Shown: positions 49,299-59,466 of the stretch, piece after piece | Numbering within the stretch: the stretch's first letter is position 1 | Layout of the letters: each line of letters begins with the position of its first letter | Assembly (NCBI GenBank): GCA_038106885.1 | Contig: JAYNFX010000003.1 | Location: 15,786 to 79,785 of the forward strand | DNA from: Flavobacteriaceae bacterium | Lineage (GTDB): Bacteria; Bacteroidota; Bacteroidia; Flavobacteriales; Flavobacteriaceae | Length of the DNA stretch: 64,000 nucleotides | Direction of reading: 5' to 3' | Made by a program: the position numbers and the translations under genes | Notes under the pieces: model-generated | Seen by the model: the letters and a program-made list of their open reading frames with translations, nothing else | Databases searched by the model: none | Told to the model about the DNA's origin: nothing

Positions 49299-50160
49299 AT
49301 TGTCTTTTAATCACATAAATTAGTGAGGAATATTCTTTTGAAAAAATTGCTTTAATGTTTGAAAGAAGTCCGATTAAAATTCCTTTGATGTAGCTAATTT
49401 TTCCGAATTTATATTTCGTTGACATTAGGCTAATGTAAAAAGAATCGAAAATCATTGGATGGATAGATTCAATTTTCAGACCATGTTTTTTAAATAATTT
49501 AGAAATAGAGCTTCTTGAAAAGTGCCATAAATGTCTAGGAACATCATACCCTGCCCAATATTCTTTAAAATAATCCGCATCATAACTCTTAAAGTTAGGG
49601 ACAGCAACTACAATTCTACCGTTGGACCCTAGAAGACCTTTTATCCTTTTAATTTCGTAATCTAGATCGCCCATGTGTTCTAAAACATGCCAAAGCGTAA
49701 CAACATCAAAAGTATTTTGCTGCAAGCTATCTAGATGATTCATTTCTTTTACGCTATTTGATCTTGCGTTATTAGCAATAGAACGAGCAGTATCACTTAG
49801 TTCAACTCCTATAGAATTCCACCCGGAATTAGAGGCAGAATTAAGAAAATAGCCAATTCCAGCACCAACATCAAGAAGGTTGTTTTGCTGAGTCCTAAAC
49901 TTTCTTATAAGTTTTAATTTTCTTCGAGTTGATATCTTCCTTATCAAAAAATATACTAAATCAAAAAACGAGTTTACTCTTGTTGAGTGGGATTGATAAT
50001 CTAAACTTTCGTAATAACGCGATAGTTCTGAGCTTGATGGCCTGGGTGTAGTTATAAGTAAATCTTTGCTTTCATTGTAAACTAACTCAAAGGATTCTCC
50101 TGTTAGAAAATGATCTTTACAAGTTAAATATAAATTACTATGTTTAGTTAGTTGTTCCAC
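49297..50160 (-). CDS. Class I SAM-dependent methyltransferase
   Basis: LLDVGAGIGYF, FDVVTLWHVLEH and DVPRHLWHF motifs. No ATG near the 5' end; the start is GTG 50160 or TTG 50169, both within the parS palindrome or its 1-bp extension. Confidence 0.88.
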   Translation of the reverse strand: MEQLTKHSNLYLTCKDHFLTGESFELVYNESKDLLITTPRPSSSELSRYYESLDYQSHSTRVNSFFDLVYFLIRKISTRRKLKLIRKFRTQQNNLLDVGAGIGYFLNSASNSGWNSIGVELSDTARSIANNARSNSVKEMNHLDSLQQNTFDVVTLWHVLEHMGDLDYEIKRIKGLLGSNGRIVVAVPNFKSYDADYFKEYWAGYDVPRHLWHFSRSSISKLFKKHGLKIESIHPMIFDSFYISLMSTKYKFGKISYIKGILIGLLSNIKAIFSKEYSSLIYVIKRQ

Positions 50161-50168
50161 GTGGAACA
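50153..50168. promoter_or_regulatory. parS centromere site (TGTTCCACGTGGAACA)
   Basis: Perfect 16-bp palindrome matching the chromosomal parS consensus tGTTtCAcGTGAAACa; extends to 18 bp (50152-50169). Confidence 0.93.
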
Positions 50169-50188
50169 AATGTAAAAAATAAAGCTAT

Positions 50189-52060
50189 TTATCTCCCCAT
50201 ATACACCAATAAAACAGAGATGTCGTTTGGTGAAACACCACTTATACGAGAGGCCTGAGCTACAGTTTGAGGTTGGATAGAGCCCAACTTTTCGCGAGCC
50301 TCATAACTCATGGACTGGATCTTATTATAATCAAAGTTAGCTGGAATTCTGACATACTCTAACCTAGTTAACTTATCAGCATTACTGCGCTCTTTTTCAA
50401 TGTATCCAGAATACTTAACCTGAATTTCAGCCTGCTCAATAACCTCGTCATCAAGCTGGTTTTTACTAACATAGTCTTTTACACCAGGGAACTGGAACAC
50501 ATCATTTATAGTGATATTGGGTCTCGAAAATATTTTAAAAACTTTGTCAGACTGTTTGATAGGTGATGATTTTTTTGTCTCCAATACAGGATTAGCATCC
50601 TCTGGTTTAACGCTTTGCTTTTTGAAAAAACTAATTAATTGCTGTGATTTTTGCTGTTTAACCAACATTCTTTCTAGTCTTTGTTTTGAAGCTATCCCTA
50701 AATCATATCCCTTTTGAGTTAGCCTAATATCTGCGTTGTCTTGCCTTAACAAAGTGCGGTATTCTGCTCTTGAAGTAAACATTCTATAAGGCTCTTCAGT
50801 GCCTTTTGTAATAAGATCGTCTATAAGAACACCAATGTAAGCCTCATCACGCCTCAAAATAAAAGGCTCCTTATCGTTTACTGAAAGACTAGCATTAATT
50901 CCAGCCATTAATCCTTGCGAAGCAGCTTCTTCGTATCCAGTCGTTCCGTTAATTTGTCCTGCAAAAAACAAATTAGAGATCAGCTTAGTTTCAAGAGAAT
51001 ACTTCAGTTGAGTAGGAGGAAAATAATCATATTCTATTGCATATCCCGGTCTAAAAAATCGAACATTCTCAAAACCTTTAACCGCTCGTAAGGCTTTAAA
51101 TTGCACGTCCTCAGGTAATGAAGTAGAAAAGCCATTTATATAATATTCGACAGTATTCCAGCCTTCTGGTTCAACAAAAATTTGATGCCTTTCTTTATCG
51201 GCAAATCTATTGATCTTGTCTTCAATTGAAGGACAGTACCTAGGCCCAATACTTTGGATCCTTCCATTAAACATCGGGGAACGATCGAAGCCTTCCTTTA
51301 AAAGGTCATGAACAATATCACTAGTGTAAGTCATATGACAAGAACGCTGATTTGATAACGCTGAGGTATTGTCTAAATATGAAAAGGTTTTAGGGTTGGT
51401 GTCGCCTGGTTGCTCTGTCATTTTGGAAAAGTCTAAAGATCTTCCATCAACTCTAGGGGGTGTACCTGTTTTCATTCTTCCAGAGTCAAAGCCAAGATCA
51501 ATGAGCTGTTCTGTAATGCCTATAGCGGCTCTTTCTCCTGCTCTTCCTCCTCCAAAATTCTTATCACCAATATGTATGAGACCATTTAAAAAGGTTCCAT
51601 TAGTTAAAACAACACTTTTGGATTTAATCTCTAAGCCTAAAGATGTTTTTACGCCAACACATGAACCCCCTTTAATTATTATGCCAACAACCATTTCTTG
51701 ATAAAAATCTAGATTTGAAGTCTTTTCAAGCATCATTCTCCAATCCTCAGCAAACCTCATCCTGTCGCTCTGAACCCTAGGACTCCACATTGCAGGGCCT
51801 TTTGATTTATTTAGCATTTTAAATTGAATTGCGGATGAGTCACTGACAATCCCACTGTAGCCTCCTAAAGCATCAATTTCTCTAACTATTTGGCCTTTTG
51901 CAATGCCTCCCATAGCGGGATTACAAGACATTTGAGCTATGTTCTGTAAATTCATGGTTATAAGAAGTGTCTTACTTCCCATATTTGCTGCGGCGGCTGC
52001 AGCTTCGCTACCAGCATGACCGCCCCCAACAACAATAACATCATAAATTTTATCAAACAT
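50189..52060 (-). CDS. mnmG: tRNA uridine-5-carboxymethylaminomethyl(34) synthesis enzyme MnmG (GidA)
   Basis: GGGHAG, MSCNPAMGG, KTGTPPR, GPRYCPSIEDK and AGQINGTTGYEEAA motifs. Confidence 0.99.
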   Translation of the reverse strand: MFDKIYDVIVVGGGHAGSEAAAAAANMGSKTLLITMNLQNIAQMSCNPAMGGIAKGQIVREIDALGGYSGIVSDSSAIQFKMLNKSKGPAMWSPRVQSDRMRFAEDWRMMLEKTSNLDFYQEMVVGIIIKGGSCVGVKTSLGLEIKSKSVVLTNGTFLNGLIHIGDKNFGGGRAGERAAIGITEQLIDLGFDSGRMKTGTPPRVDGRSLDFSKMTEQPGDTNPKTFSYLDNTSALSNQRSCHMTYTSDIVHDLLKEGFDRSPMFNGRIQSIGPRYCPSIEDKINRFADKERHQIFVEPEGWNTVEYYINGFSTSLPEDVQFKALRAVKGFENVRFFRPGYAIEYDYFPPTQLKYSLETKLISNLFFAGQINGTTGYEEAASQGLMAGINASLSVNDKEPFILRRDEAYIGVLIDDLITKGTEEPYRMFTSRAEYRTLLRQDNADIRLTQKGYDLGIASKQRLERMLVKQQKSQQLISFFKKQSVKPEDANPVLETKKSSPIKQSDKVFKIFSRPNITINDVFQFPGVKDYVSKNQLDDEVIEQAEIQVKYSGYIEKERSNADKLTRLEYVRIPANFDYNKIQSMSYEAREKLGSIQPQTVAQASRISGVSPNDISVLLVYMGR

Positions 52061-52074
52061 CTAAAAAAATTTAA

Positions 52075-52090
52075 TGTTCCACGTGGAACA
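52075..52090. promoter_or_regulatory. parS centromere site (TGTTCCACGTGGAACA)
   Basis: Second identical perfect palindrome, 14 nt upstream of the mnmG ATG. Confidence 0.93.
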
Positions 52091-52098
52091 ATTGTTTG

Positions 52099-52106
52099 CA
52101 AATATA
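52099..52106 (-). promoter_or_regulatory. -7 element (TATATTTG) for mnmG
   Basis: Exact consensus 8 nt upstream of the parS site. Confidence 0.65.
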
Positions 52107-52113
52107 CAGCTAT

Positions 52114-52530
52114 CTATCGATTAAATAATTCGGACAAATAGAAGTTCTCCTTTGCTCTTATTTCAATCTTTTGCTGTTCTGTAGAATCTTTGTAACCACA
52201 TAAATGCAGTACACCATGTACCATAACTCTGGCAATTTCTTCAGAAAAAACAGTTTTATATTTACTAGCGTTTTCGGCTACCCTATCACAGGAAATACAA
52301 ATATCGCCATTAATTTGTCGACCAACATTATAGTTAAAAGTAATAACGTCTGTTAAAGTATCGTGGTTCAGAAACTTTAAATTTAAATCCAATAAATAAG
52401 AATCATTACAAAACACAAAGGCCAGATCACCTTGATTAAAATTTTCGTTTTTTATCACGAAACTAAGCCAGTCCTTATGTTTCTTTTTCTGATTGAGATC
52501 AAAGTCAGTATAGCTATTAAAGGTTATCAT
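52114..52530 (-). CDS. ybeY: rRNA maturation endoribonuclease YbeY
   Basis: TDVITF, GDI.IS and HGVLHLCGY.D motifs. Confidence 0.96.
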   Translation of the reverse strand: MITFNSYTDFDLNQKKKHKDWLSFVIKNENFNQGDLAFVFCNDSYLLDLNLKFLNHDTLTDVITFNYNVGRQINGDICISCDRVAENASKYKTVFSEEIARVMVHGVLHLCGYKDSTEQQKIEIRAKENFYLSELFNR

Positions 52531-55500
52531 ATTTTCTTTTAAAATAATCTAGTACACGTTTTAAGTATTCCTCTTGCAAAGGTAGTGTTTGTCTCTTTAA
52601 TAGCTCGCGTGAATTGAATTTCTGCCTTAGGGATTCTATGGCCTCGCTTGAAGTAGGGGTGAACAATTCATTATTAGTTTTAGACTCGCGACGCTCGTCT
52701 TGACCTTTTTCATTTAAAGCAACCTCAAGCTTCAAAAGTTCATATTTAAGGTCTTTGATAAGACTAATATTTTCGTCCGTAACTCCTTGATTTATAAGGG
52801 ATTGCTCTATCTTTTTCATCTGCTCTAAAACATTGTTTGCTCCTGGAACAAAGCCTCTTTCTTTTAATAAAAGCTCAAGAGCATTCCGAAGTTTTTGTTG
52901 CTTTTGATATAGATTCATAATGGATTGCCCTGATTCTTCGCTATCAAAATAGCTTTCTCCGTCTGAACTCTCTGATTTTCCTTTGTTTGACCCTAGCTTT
53001 TCTGAATTTCCGGAACTGTTACTTTCACCCTCCCTTTGCTTGCCCTCACTTCCTTGATTTTCTTGACCTTTATTAGAAGATGACCCTTCTGAACTTTCGC
53101 TTTTTGAACCCTGAGCTTCCTTTTGCAATTGCTCTTGACTCATTATGATATCTGGAAGTTGCATATCACCCTCCCCTTGACCAGGGCTAAGCTCCATTTC
53201 CATTGAAGACAAAATATCACTTAATAAATTTGCTAAGTTATTGGAGGCGGTAAGACTATATTGCTGAGCGGCAAGCCCTTGGTTTATTTGCAAATTTGTA
53301 AATCGATCTAGAGATTTATCAATATTAAAAAACACTTCTGATATTTCACTGTTAATTTTTTCCGAAATTTTTGGCTGCCTAAGAGAAAGGACAAATAAGC
53401 TATCGTCAATGTGTTCAAAATGGGTTTTAATATTTTTTTGACTAACCAATAAATTAGCAAAATTTGACTGTTGAAAATTTTCGTCCCGGAAGCTAAGCAT
53501 TAGTTCTTCCTGTTCAAAAGAAAAGAAAATAAGATTATCTAAAACCTGACGCAACATGGTTGCATCCTCAGCCAACTGCTGTTGCCCGCCTCCGCCTGAA
53601 AGTTTTGATAGTTTTTCTGCAATCTGTATCATCTTTTGTGCTGCCTTAGTTTGTGATTTCTTGGCTTTTGATAATGCTTTGGCTTTTGAATTAGGGGTTT
53701 TAAGTTCTTTGCTTTCGTTTAATAGCTGCTCAGATTCTTTTTGATCTTTTTTAATTGAATTTTGTTCTATTTTGGTTTCAGAAAAAGGAATGGGCTTGGA
53801 CAAAGAGACGTTTTGTTTAGATAATGAATCCAGTTCTGAAGATATATTTTCAAACTTTTTGCTTATCTCTCTTTGATCCTTTAAGCTGCTTTGTTCATAA
53901 ATATTATCAGAAAGCTGCTCCTGTTGTTTGCTCAACCGCTCTAATTCATTTCGCAATTGGTTAGCTTTTTGGCGAACATAATAGCGCTTTGTCAGCTCTA
54001 GCATTTGGTTTAAACTTCTCTCCTTTGATTTGCTTTTTTTAGTCAACTTTTCAAGGCGCTCTAAAAGGCCTTCATTGTCTAGTTTTTCGGTTAGGGTTTT
54101 AAGCTCGTTTAACAAATCCTTGTCTTTTTCTATTTCTCTTTCTTGAGCCTCTAAACGTCTTTCTATTTCTCTTCTTAACGGGTCTTTCGTAATATCAGTT
54201 TTATTAAAAGACTTTTTTATCTGCTCATTAAATCGTTTAAACAAGTCTTCTTGTTTTTCTTGCCTCTCCAAAAGGGACTTAATAGATTGTTGGTCATTAA
54301 AAGAAAGCTTATTTTTTTGTCTTTGTTTAGATTGTAGAATTTCTAGATCTGTTCTTTGTTTATCAAACTTAGATACAGCTCTTTCAAAATCAGATACAGC
54401 CTGTTCTTGGTTAGTCAGCTTGTCTTTTAGTATTGCATTGGCTGATTTATTTAAGTAAACAAACGCTTCACTTTTTGTTATGTTCGGAGACAAAGGCTTA
54501 TTGTCTGAAACCTCGAAATACAATTCGTATGGCTGTTCTGGGGCCAAATCTATGTCGCCTGGAAAAGAATAATAAAAGGTTAAACTCTCCTTATTGAAAT
54601 TCGAAATCTGTACTGTCTTTTTGTCCCTTTTATTCCCTTTTGGATAATAATGCATTTGCAGTGACCTAATACCATAGTCGTCGCTCATCTGGCCATAAAA
54701 ATACATAGTCTCTAGAGTTTCTTTTTTAGTTTCAGATTCAATCTGTATTGATGGGGGATTATCCTTAATAACATCTACTGAAAACTCAAGGGGCTCAAAG
54801 TGGATAAGCTGCTCATTTGAAGGTGAAATTCGATATTTAATATTATCAAAAACCACTTTAGTATAAGAAAAATCGTCTGTTTTTTTTAAAAAAGAATATT
54901 CATCGTTGTTTTCAAAGAAGGATACAGCGGTAGTGGATTTGGTAAATAAGTCCCAAGTTATTTTTGTGCCCTCTGGAACTTTAATATTTGTAAAATTTTC
55001 GACTATTTGATTAGACCTCTTAACATATTTAGGGTATTGCAATTTGATCTTAGATGAAACTATGGATGGTGTTTTAATTAACCTTAGCAAATATTTAGGT
55101 GAATAAGTAGTGCCAGAAAATAAATCAAACTCCAAATCAGAATCAATTGGAGGAAAATCAAAAGAAAATAAATTTTTCCCTCTCTTACTTAAGTAATACT
55201 GCTCGTTTTTGTAGCGAATCTGAGCATCCTCTGGTATAAGGTCTCCTGAAACCAACACTTCAAGATTAAAAGGCTTACCTTCAATTACCTCCATAGATTT
55301 ATTTTTCAAACTAAAAATAAAAGGTGGTGGCTCTTGATAAGCAGTATTATAGTCAATTACTCTTTTGAAGCTGCTTTCAATGCCTTCTTGTTTGCCAAAA
55401 AGATAAAATGGGGCCAATACTATTAAAGGTGCTAATGCAAATTTGACATATTTTATATTATCTTTTAAATTAATTACATTTTCAAAAGAAAAAGGATTGA

Positions 55501-55900
55501 ATTCAGATGACCTTTGACTTATACTTTCCAGCAAAACATCTGTTTGTTCCATGTTACTTAATTGAATTGTATTAAGCAACTTGTCGTCAATTTCGGGAAA
55601 TGCGTCACCAATAATTCTAGATGCAGATTCATAGTCAATGCCTTTTAACACACTGAAATATTTTAAAAGAGGCAGCAAGATTAATTTATATGACAAAAAA
55701 AGAACAAAGACAATAAAGAGCCAAAACACAAAACCACGGCCAAACTGTGGCATCCAAAAAAAATATTCGATAAAAATCCAAAACAGAATATACACAAACG
55801 CAATAGCAAAAAACAAAAGTGTGCCTTTTAGCAATGAGCTTAAGTAGTAGCGCTTGATGAATCGGTCTAATTTGTTGTGTATATGTTCAATCGAGCCCAT
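52517..55900 (-). CDS. DUF4175-like large membrane-anchored coiled-coil protein
   Basis: N-terminal TM helices, beta-rich middle (DDYGI), long Q/E/K coiled coil and S/G/E low-complexity tract. ATG at 55900 preferred. Confidence 0.75.
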   Translation of the reverse strand: MGSIEHIHNKLDRFIKRYYLSSLLKGTLLFFAIAFVYILFWIFIEYFFWMPQFGRGFVFWLFIVFVLFLSYKLILLPLLKYFSVLKGIDYESASRIIGDAFPEIDDKLLNTIQLSNMEQTDVLLESISQRSSEFNPFSFENVINLKDNIKYVKFALAPLIVLAPFYLFGKQEGIESSFKRVIDYNTAYQEPPPFIFSLKNKSMEVIEGKPFNLEVLVSGDLIPEDAQIRYKNEQYYLSKRGKNLFSFDFPPIDSDLEFDLFSGTTYSPKYLLRLIKTPSIVSSKIKLQYPKYVKRSNQIVENFTNIKVPEGTKITWDLFTKSTTAVSFFENNDEYSFLKKTDDFSYTKVVFDNIKYRISPSNEQLIHFEPLEFSVDVIKDNPPSIQIESETKKETLETMYFYGQMSDDYGIRSLQMHYYPKGNKRDKKTVQISNFNKESLTFYYSFPGDIDLAPEQPYELYFEVSDNKPLSPNITKSEAFVYLNKSANAILKDKLTNQEQAVSDFERAVSKFDKQRTDLEILQSKQRQKNKLSFNDQQSIKSLLERQEKQEDLFKRFNEQIKKSFNKTDITKDPLRREIERRLEAQEREIEKDKDLLNELKTLTEKLDNEGLLERLEKLTKKSKSKERSLNQMLELTKRYYVRQKANQLRNELERLSKQQEQLSDNIYEQSSLKDQREISKKFENISSELDSLSKQNVSLSKPIPFSETKIEQNSIKKDQKESEQLLNESKELKTPNSKAKALSKAKKSQTKAAQKMIQIAEKLSKLSGGGGQQQLAEDATMLRQVLDNLIFFSFEQEELMLSFRDENFQQSNFANLLVSQKNIKTHFEHIDDSLFVLSLRQPKISEKINSEISEVFFNIDKSLDRFTNLQINQGLAAQQYSLTASNNLANLLSDILSSMEMELSPGQGEGDMQLPDIIMSQEQLQKEAQGSKSESSEGSSSNKGQENQGSEGKQREGESNSSGNSEKLGSNKGKSESSDGESYFDSEESGQSIMNLYQKQQKLRNALELLLKERGFVPGANNVLEQMKKIEQSLINQGVTDENISLIKDLKYELLKLEVALNEKGQDERRESKTNNELFTPTSSEAIESLRQKFNSRELLKRQTLPLQEEYLKRVLDYFKRKYDNL

Positions 55901-55982
55901 TATTCTTATTAAGAAAAGTAAAATTAACACAAAATGTGCAGTAAAAGTAATTGAAAAACAAAAACAGGAACTATAAATTTAT

Positions 55983-56013
55983 TTTGGAGGTTAGTTAAAG
56001 GGGTCTATCTTTG
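55983..56013 (+). promoter_or_regulatory. gltX promoter: -33 TTTG (55983-55986) and -7 TATCTTTG (56006-56013)
   Basis: Consensus elements with a 19-nt spacer. Confidence 0.7.
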
Positions 56014-56030
56014 CAGTGTTAATTATTTCA

Positions 56031-57542
56031 ATGGGAAAGTCAGTTAGAGTTCGCTTCGCGCCTAGCCCAACAGGGCCATTACATATTGGCGGTGTCCGCA
56101 CTGCATTATTTAACTACTTATTTGCAAAAAAACACAACGGCTCTATTGTATTAAGGATTGAAGACACTGATAGAGACAGAACGGTTGAGGGGGCAGAACA
56201 ATACATAATTGATGCGCTAGAATGGTGTGGTATTGGGTTTGACGAGAGTCCAATAAAAGACGGGGAATATGGCCCATATAGACAAAGCGAAAGAAAAAGC
56301 ATATACTTAAAACACATAAACTATCTTTTAGATAAAGGGGCTGCTTATTATGCGTTTGACTCAGCCGAAGCATTAAATAATGAGCGCAAAAACCATGAAG
56401 AGAAAGGCAAAACATTTATCTATAATTGGCATAACAGAACTAAAGGGCGTCTGGTAAATTCTCTTGTATTGTCAAAAGAAGAGGTTGATAAAAAAATATC
56501 GTCAGGCGAACCATATGTGATTCGTTTTAAAAGCCCTAATGAAAAAGAAGTGTTATTAAATGATATTGTACGCGGAGAAATTTCAATCGACTCAAAAACT
56601 CTTGATGATAAAATATTATTTAAATCAGATGGTATGCCAACTTATCATTTGGCAAATGTTGTTGACGATCATTTAATGGAAATTTCTCACGTAATAAGAG
56701 GCGAAGAGTGGTTGCCGTCCTTAGCACTTCATAAACTTTTGTATGATGCATTTGGGTGGGAACTCCCTAAATTCGCACATCTTCCATTAATACTCAAGCC
56801 AACAGGAAAAGGCAAACTAAGTAAAAGGGATGGAGATAAGCTTGGCTTTCCTGTTTTTCCACTTGAATGGATTAATAATGGCAGTCGCTCTGCTGGGTTT
56901 AAAGAAAGCGGGTATCTGCCTGAAGCCCTAATTAACTTCCTGTCTTTTTTAGGGTGGAACCCAGGAACAGAAGAAGAGATTTTTAGTATGGAAAGTTTGA
57001 TTAATAGTTTTAGCCTTTCAAAAGTAAATAAGGCTGGAGCCCGGTTTGACACTGAAAAAATAAAATGGTTTAACCAGCATTATATAAGTAATAAGAAAAA
57101 CTCGGTTCTTGCAAACTTTCTGGCCTCAAACCATAACGAACTTAAGTCAACAAATAAAGATCGCATAGCCCATGTTGTTGGGTTAATAAAAGACAGAGCT
57201 AACCTTCTTACTGATCTATGGCCATTAAGCTGTTACTTCTTCGTTGCTCCCTTAGAGTACGATGAAAAAGGAATTAAAAAAGCCTGGAAAGCGGAAAGCG
57301 GAAAAATAATGTCTGTGTTTTCCGAGACATTAATAGGATTCGATGATTCAAGTCCTGAATCTCTAAAAAAAGATTTTGAAGGCTGGATAAAAACAGAAAA
57401 GCTTGGTTTTGGAAGTGTTGTTATGCCACTGCGTCTTGCTATAGTTGGAGCGTTAAAAGGAGCGGACATATTCGATATAATTTACAGCATTGGAAAAAAT
57501 GAAACTGTTTCTAGGATCAAAAGACTCAAAGACCAAGTTTAA
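56031..57542 (+). CDS. gltX: Glutamate--tRNA ligase
   Basis: RFAPSPTGPLHIGG, RIEDTD and KLSKR motifs; ATG at 56031. Confidence 0.98.
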   Translation: MGKSVRVRFAPSPTGPLHIGGVRTALFNYLFAKKHNGSIVLRIEDTDRDRTVEGAEQYIIDALEWCGIGFDESPIKDGEYGPYRQSERKSIYLKHINYLLDKGAAYYAFDSAEALNNERKNHEEKGKTFIYNWHNRTKGRLVNSLVLSKEEVDKKISSGEPYVIRFKSPNEKEVLLNDIVRGEISIDSKTLDDKILFKSDGMPTYHLANVVDDHLMEISHVIRGEEWLPSLALHKLLYDAFGWELPKFAHLPLILKPTGKGKLSKRDGDKLGFPVFPLEWINNGSRSAGFKESGYLPEALINFLSFLGWNPGTEEEIFSMESLINSFSLSKVNKAGARFDTEKIKWFNQHYISNKKNSVLANFLASNHNELKSTNKDRIAHVVGLIKDRANLLTDLWPLSCYFFVAPLEYDEKGIKKAWKAESGKIMSVFSETLIGFDDSSPESLKKDFEGWIKTEKLGFGSVVMPLRLAIVGALKGADIFDIIYSIGKNETVSRIKRLKDQV

Positions 57543-57567
57543 ACAAATTAGATCACATAAATTTAAC

Positions 57568-57575
57568 TACTTTTG
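57568..57575 (+). promoter_or_regulatory. -7 element (TACTTTTG) for lepA
   Basis: Exact consensus 29 nt upstream of the ATG. Confidence 0.6.
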
Positions 57576-57604
57576 CTTGGCGTTTAATCACATGATTTTT
57601 CCTA

Positions 57605-59401
57605 ATGGACAATATTCGTAACTTTTGCATAATAGCACACATAGACCACGGTAAGAGCACCTTGGCTGATAGGCTTCTCGATTTCACTGGAGCAGTTTCG
57701 GATAGAGACAAACAAGATCAGCTTTTAGACAATATGGACCTTGAAAGAGAGCGTGGAATAACAATCAAATCTCACGCCATACAAATGGAATATAAGTTTA
57801 AAGGCAAAAACTACATACTGAACCTGATAGACACCCCAGGTCATGTCGATTTCAGCTATGAAGTTTCAAGGTCAATAGCCGCATGTGAAGGCGCGCTTCT
57901 TGTGGTTGATGCCGCTCAAAGCATCCAAGCACAAACAATATCCAATTTGTATTTAGCTCTTGAAAATGATTTGGAAATTATTCCAGTATTGAACAAAGTC
58001 GACCTGCCAAGCGCTAACCCCGAAGAAGTTACTGATGACATTGTTGATCTTCTAGGTTGTGATCCTTCTGATGTGATTCCGGCAAGTGCAAAAACAGGAA
58101 TTGGAATTGAAGAAATATTAAATGCTATTATAAATTTGATCCCGGGGCCTAGTGGAGACGTGACACAGCCTCTTCAGGCGCTTGTTTTTGATTCCGTTTA
58201 TAATTCATTTCGAGGCGTAGAAACATATTTTAAAGTAATTAATGGGTCTATTAAAAAAAATCAAAAAGTTAAATTTATAGCTACAGGGAAAAGCTATGGT
58301 GCAGATGAAATAGGAACATTAAACCTTACCCAAACTCCAAAAAAAGAAATTAATGCTGGGGATGTTGGCTATTTAATTACAGGAATTAAAGACGCAAGAG
58401 AGGTAAAAGTTGGGGACACCATAACAGACGCAGAAAACCCAACAACGAATGCGGTTGAGGGTTTCGAAGATGTTAAGCCAATGGTATTTGCTGGCATCTA
58501 TCCTGTAGACACCGAAGAATATGAAGAACTAAGGTCTTCAATGGAAAAGCTCCAGCTTAACGACGCATCATTAGTATTTCAAGCTGAAAGCTCTGTAGCA
58601 TTAGGTTTTGGGTTTAGATGTGGGTTTCTTGGAATGCTTCACCTAGAAATAATTCAAGAGAGACTAGAGCGCGAATTTAATATGACTGTAATTACAACAG
58701 TTCCAAACGTATCATATAATGCATTTACAAGAAAAGCCCCTAACGAGCCTATTTTACTAAATAACCCTTCCGATTTACCCGAACCATCAACTATTGATAG
58801 AATTGAAGAGCCTTTTATAAAGGCTTCAATAATCACAAAATCAGACTATGTTGGTAACGTAATGTCTTTATGCATAGAAAAAAGAGGCCTAATAACAAAC
58901 CAAACATACCTTACCACCGAAAGAGTAGAGCTGACTTTTGACATGCCGCTTGCAGAAATAGTATTCGATTTTTATGACCGGCTAAAGACTGTTTCTAGGG
59001 GTTACGCATCATTCGATTATACTCCTATCGGCATGCGAGTTTCTAAATTAGTTCGCGTTGACATGCTTTTAAACGGGCAAACAGTAGATGCACTTTCAGC
59101 TCTTATTCACTTAGACAATGCTCAAAAAATTGGTCGTAAAATGTGCTCAAAATTGAAAGAGCTTATTCCAAGACAACAATTTGACATCCCTATACAAGCG
59201 GCAATTGGCGCTAAGATAATATCTCGCGAAACTGTTAAGGCAGTTAGAAAGGACGTAACCGCAAAATGTTATGGTGGAGACATTTCACGTAAAAGAAAAC
59301 TTCTTGAGAACCAGAAAAAAGGTAAGAAAAGAATGCGTCAAGTTGGTAGCGTAGAAATTCCCCAAGAAGCTTTTATGGCTGTTTTAAAGCTTAACGATTA
59401 A
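57605..59401 (+). CDS. lepA: Elongation factor 4 (LepA)
   Basis: [29 protein letters not shown] and [13 protein letters not shown] motifs. Confidence 0.99.
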   Translation: MDNIRNFCIIAHIDHGKSTLADRLLDFTGAVSDRDKQDQLLDNMDLERERGITIKSHAIQMEYKFKGKNYILNLIDTPGHVDFSYEVSRSIAACEGALLVVDAAQSIQAQTISNLYLALENDLEIIPVLNKVDLPSANPEEVTDDIVDLLGCDPSDVIPASAKTGIGIEEILNAIINLIPGPSGDVTQPLQALVFDSVYNSFRGVETYFKVINGSIKKNQKVKFIATGKSYGADEIGTLNLTQTPKKEINAGDVGYLITGIKDAREVKVGDTITDAENPTTNAVEGFEDVKPMVFAGIYPVDTEEYEELRSSMEKLQLNDASLVFQAESSVALGFGFRCGFLGMLHLEIIQERLEREFNMTVITTVPNVSYNAFTRKAPNEPILLNNPSDLPEPSTIDRIEEPFIKASIITKSDYVGNVMSLCIEKRGLITNQTYLTTERVELTFDMPLAEIVFDFYDRLKTVSRGYASFDYTPIGMRVSKLVRVDMLLNGQTVDALSALIHLDNAQKIGRKMCSKLKELIPRQQFDIPIQAAIGAKIISRETVKAVRKDVTAKCYGGDISRKRKLLENQKKGKKRMRQVGSVEIPQEAFMAVLKLND

Positions 59402-59466
59402 AGCCCCCTTTTTATAATTGTTTATAAAACTATATCTTTAATACAGTAAAAGTTAAAAAATTTCCT

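Noticed and set aside
50152-50169. MFHVEQ N-terminus as a protein motif
   Set aside because: It is the translation of the parS palindrome and says nothing about protein function.
52960-53120. Ser/Gly/Glu low-complexity tract in the DUF4175-like gene as a DNA repeat
   Set aside because: There is no clear nucleotide periodicity; it looks like an ordinary disordered linker.
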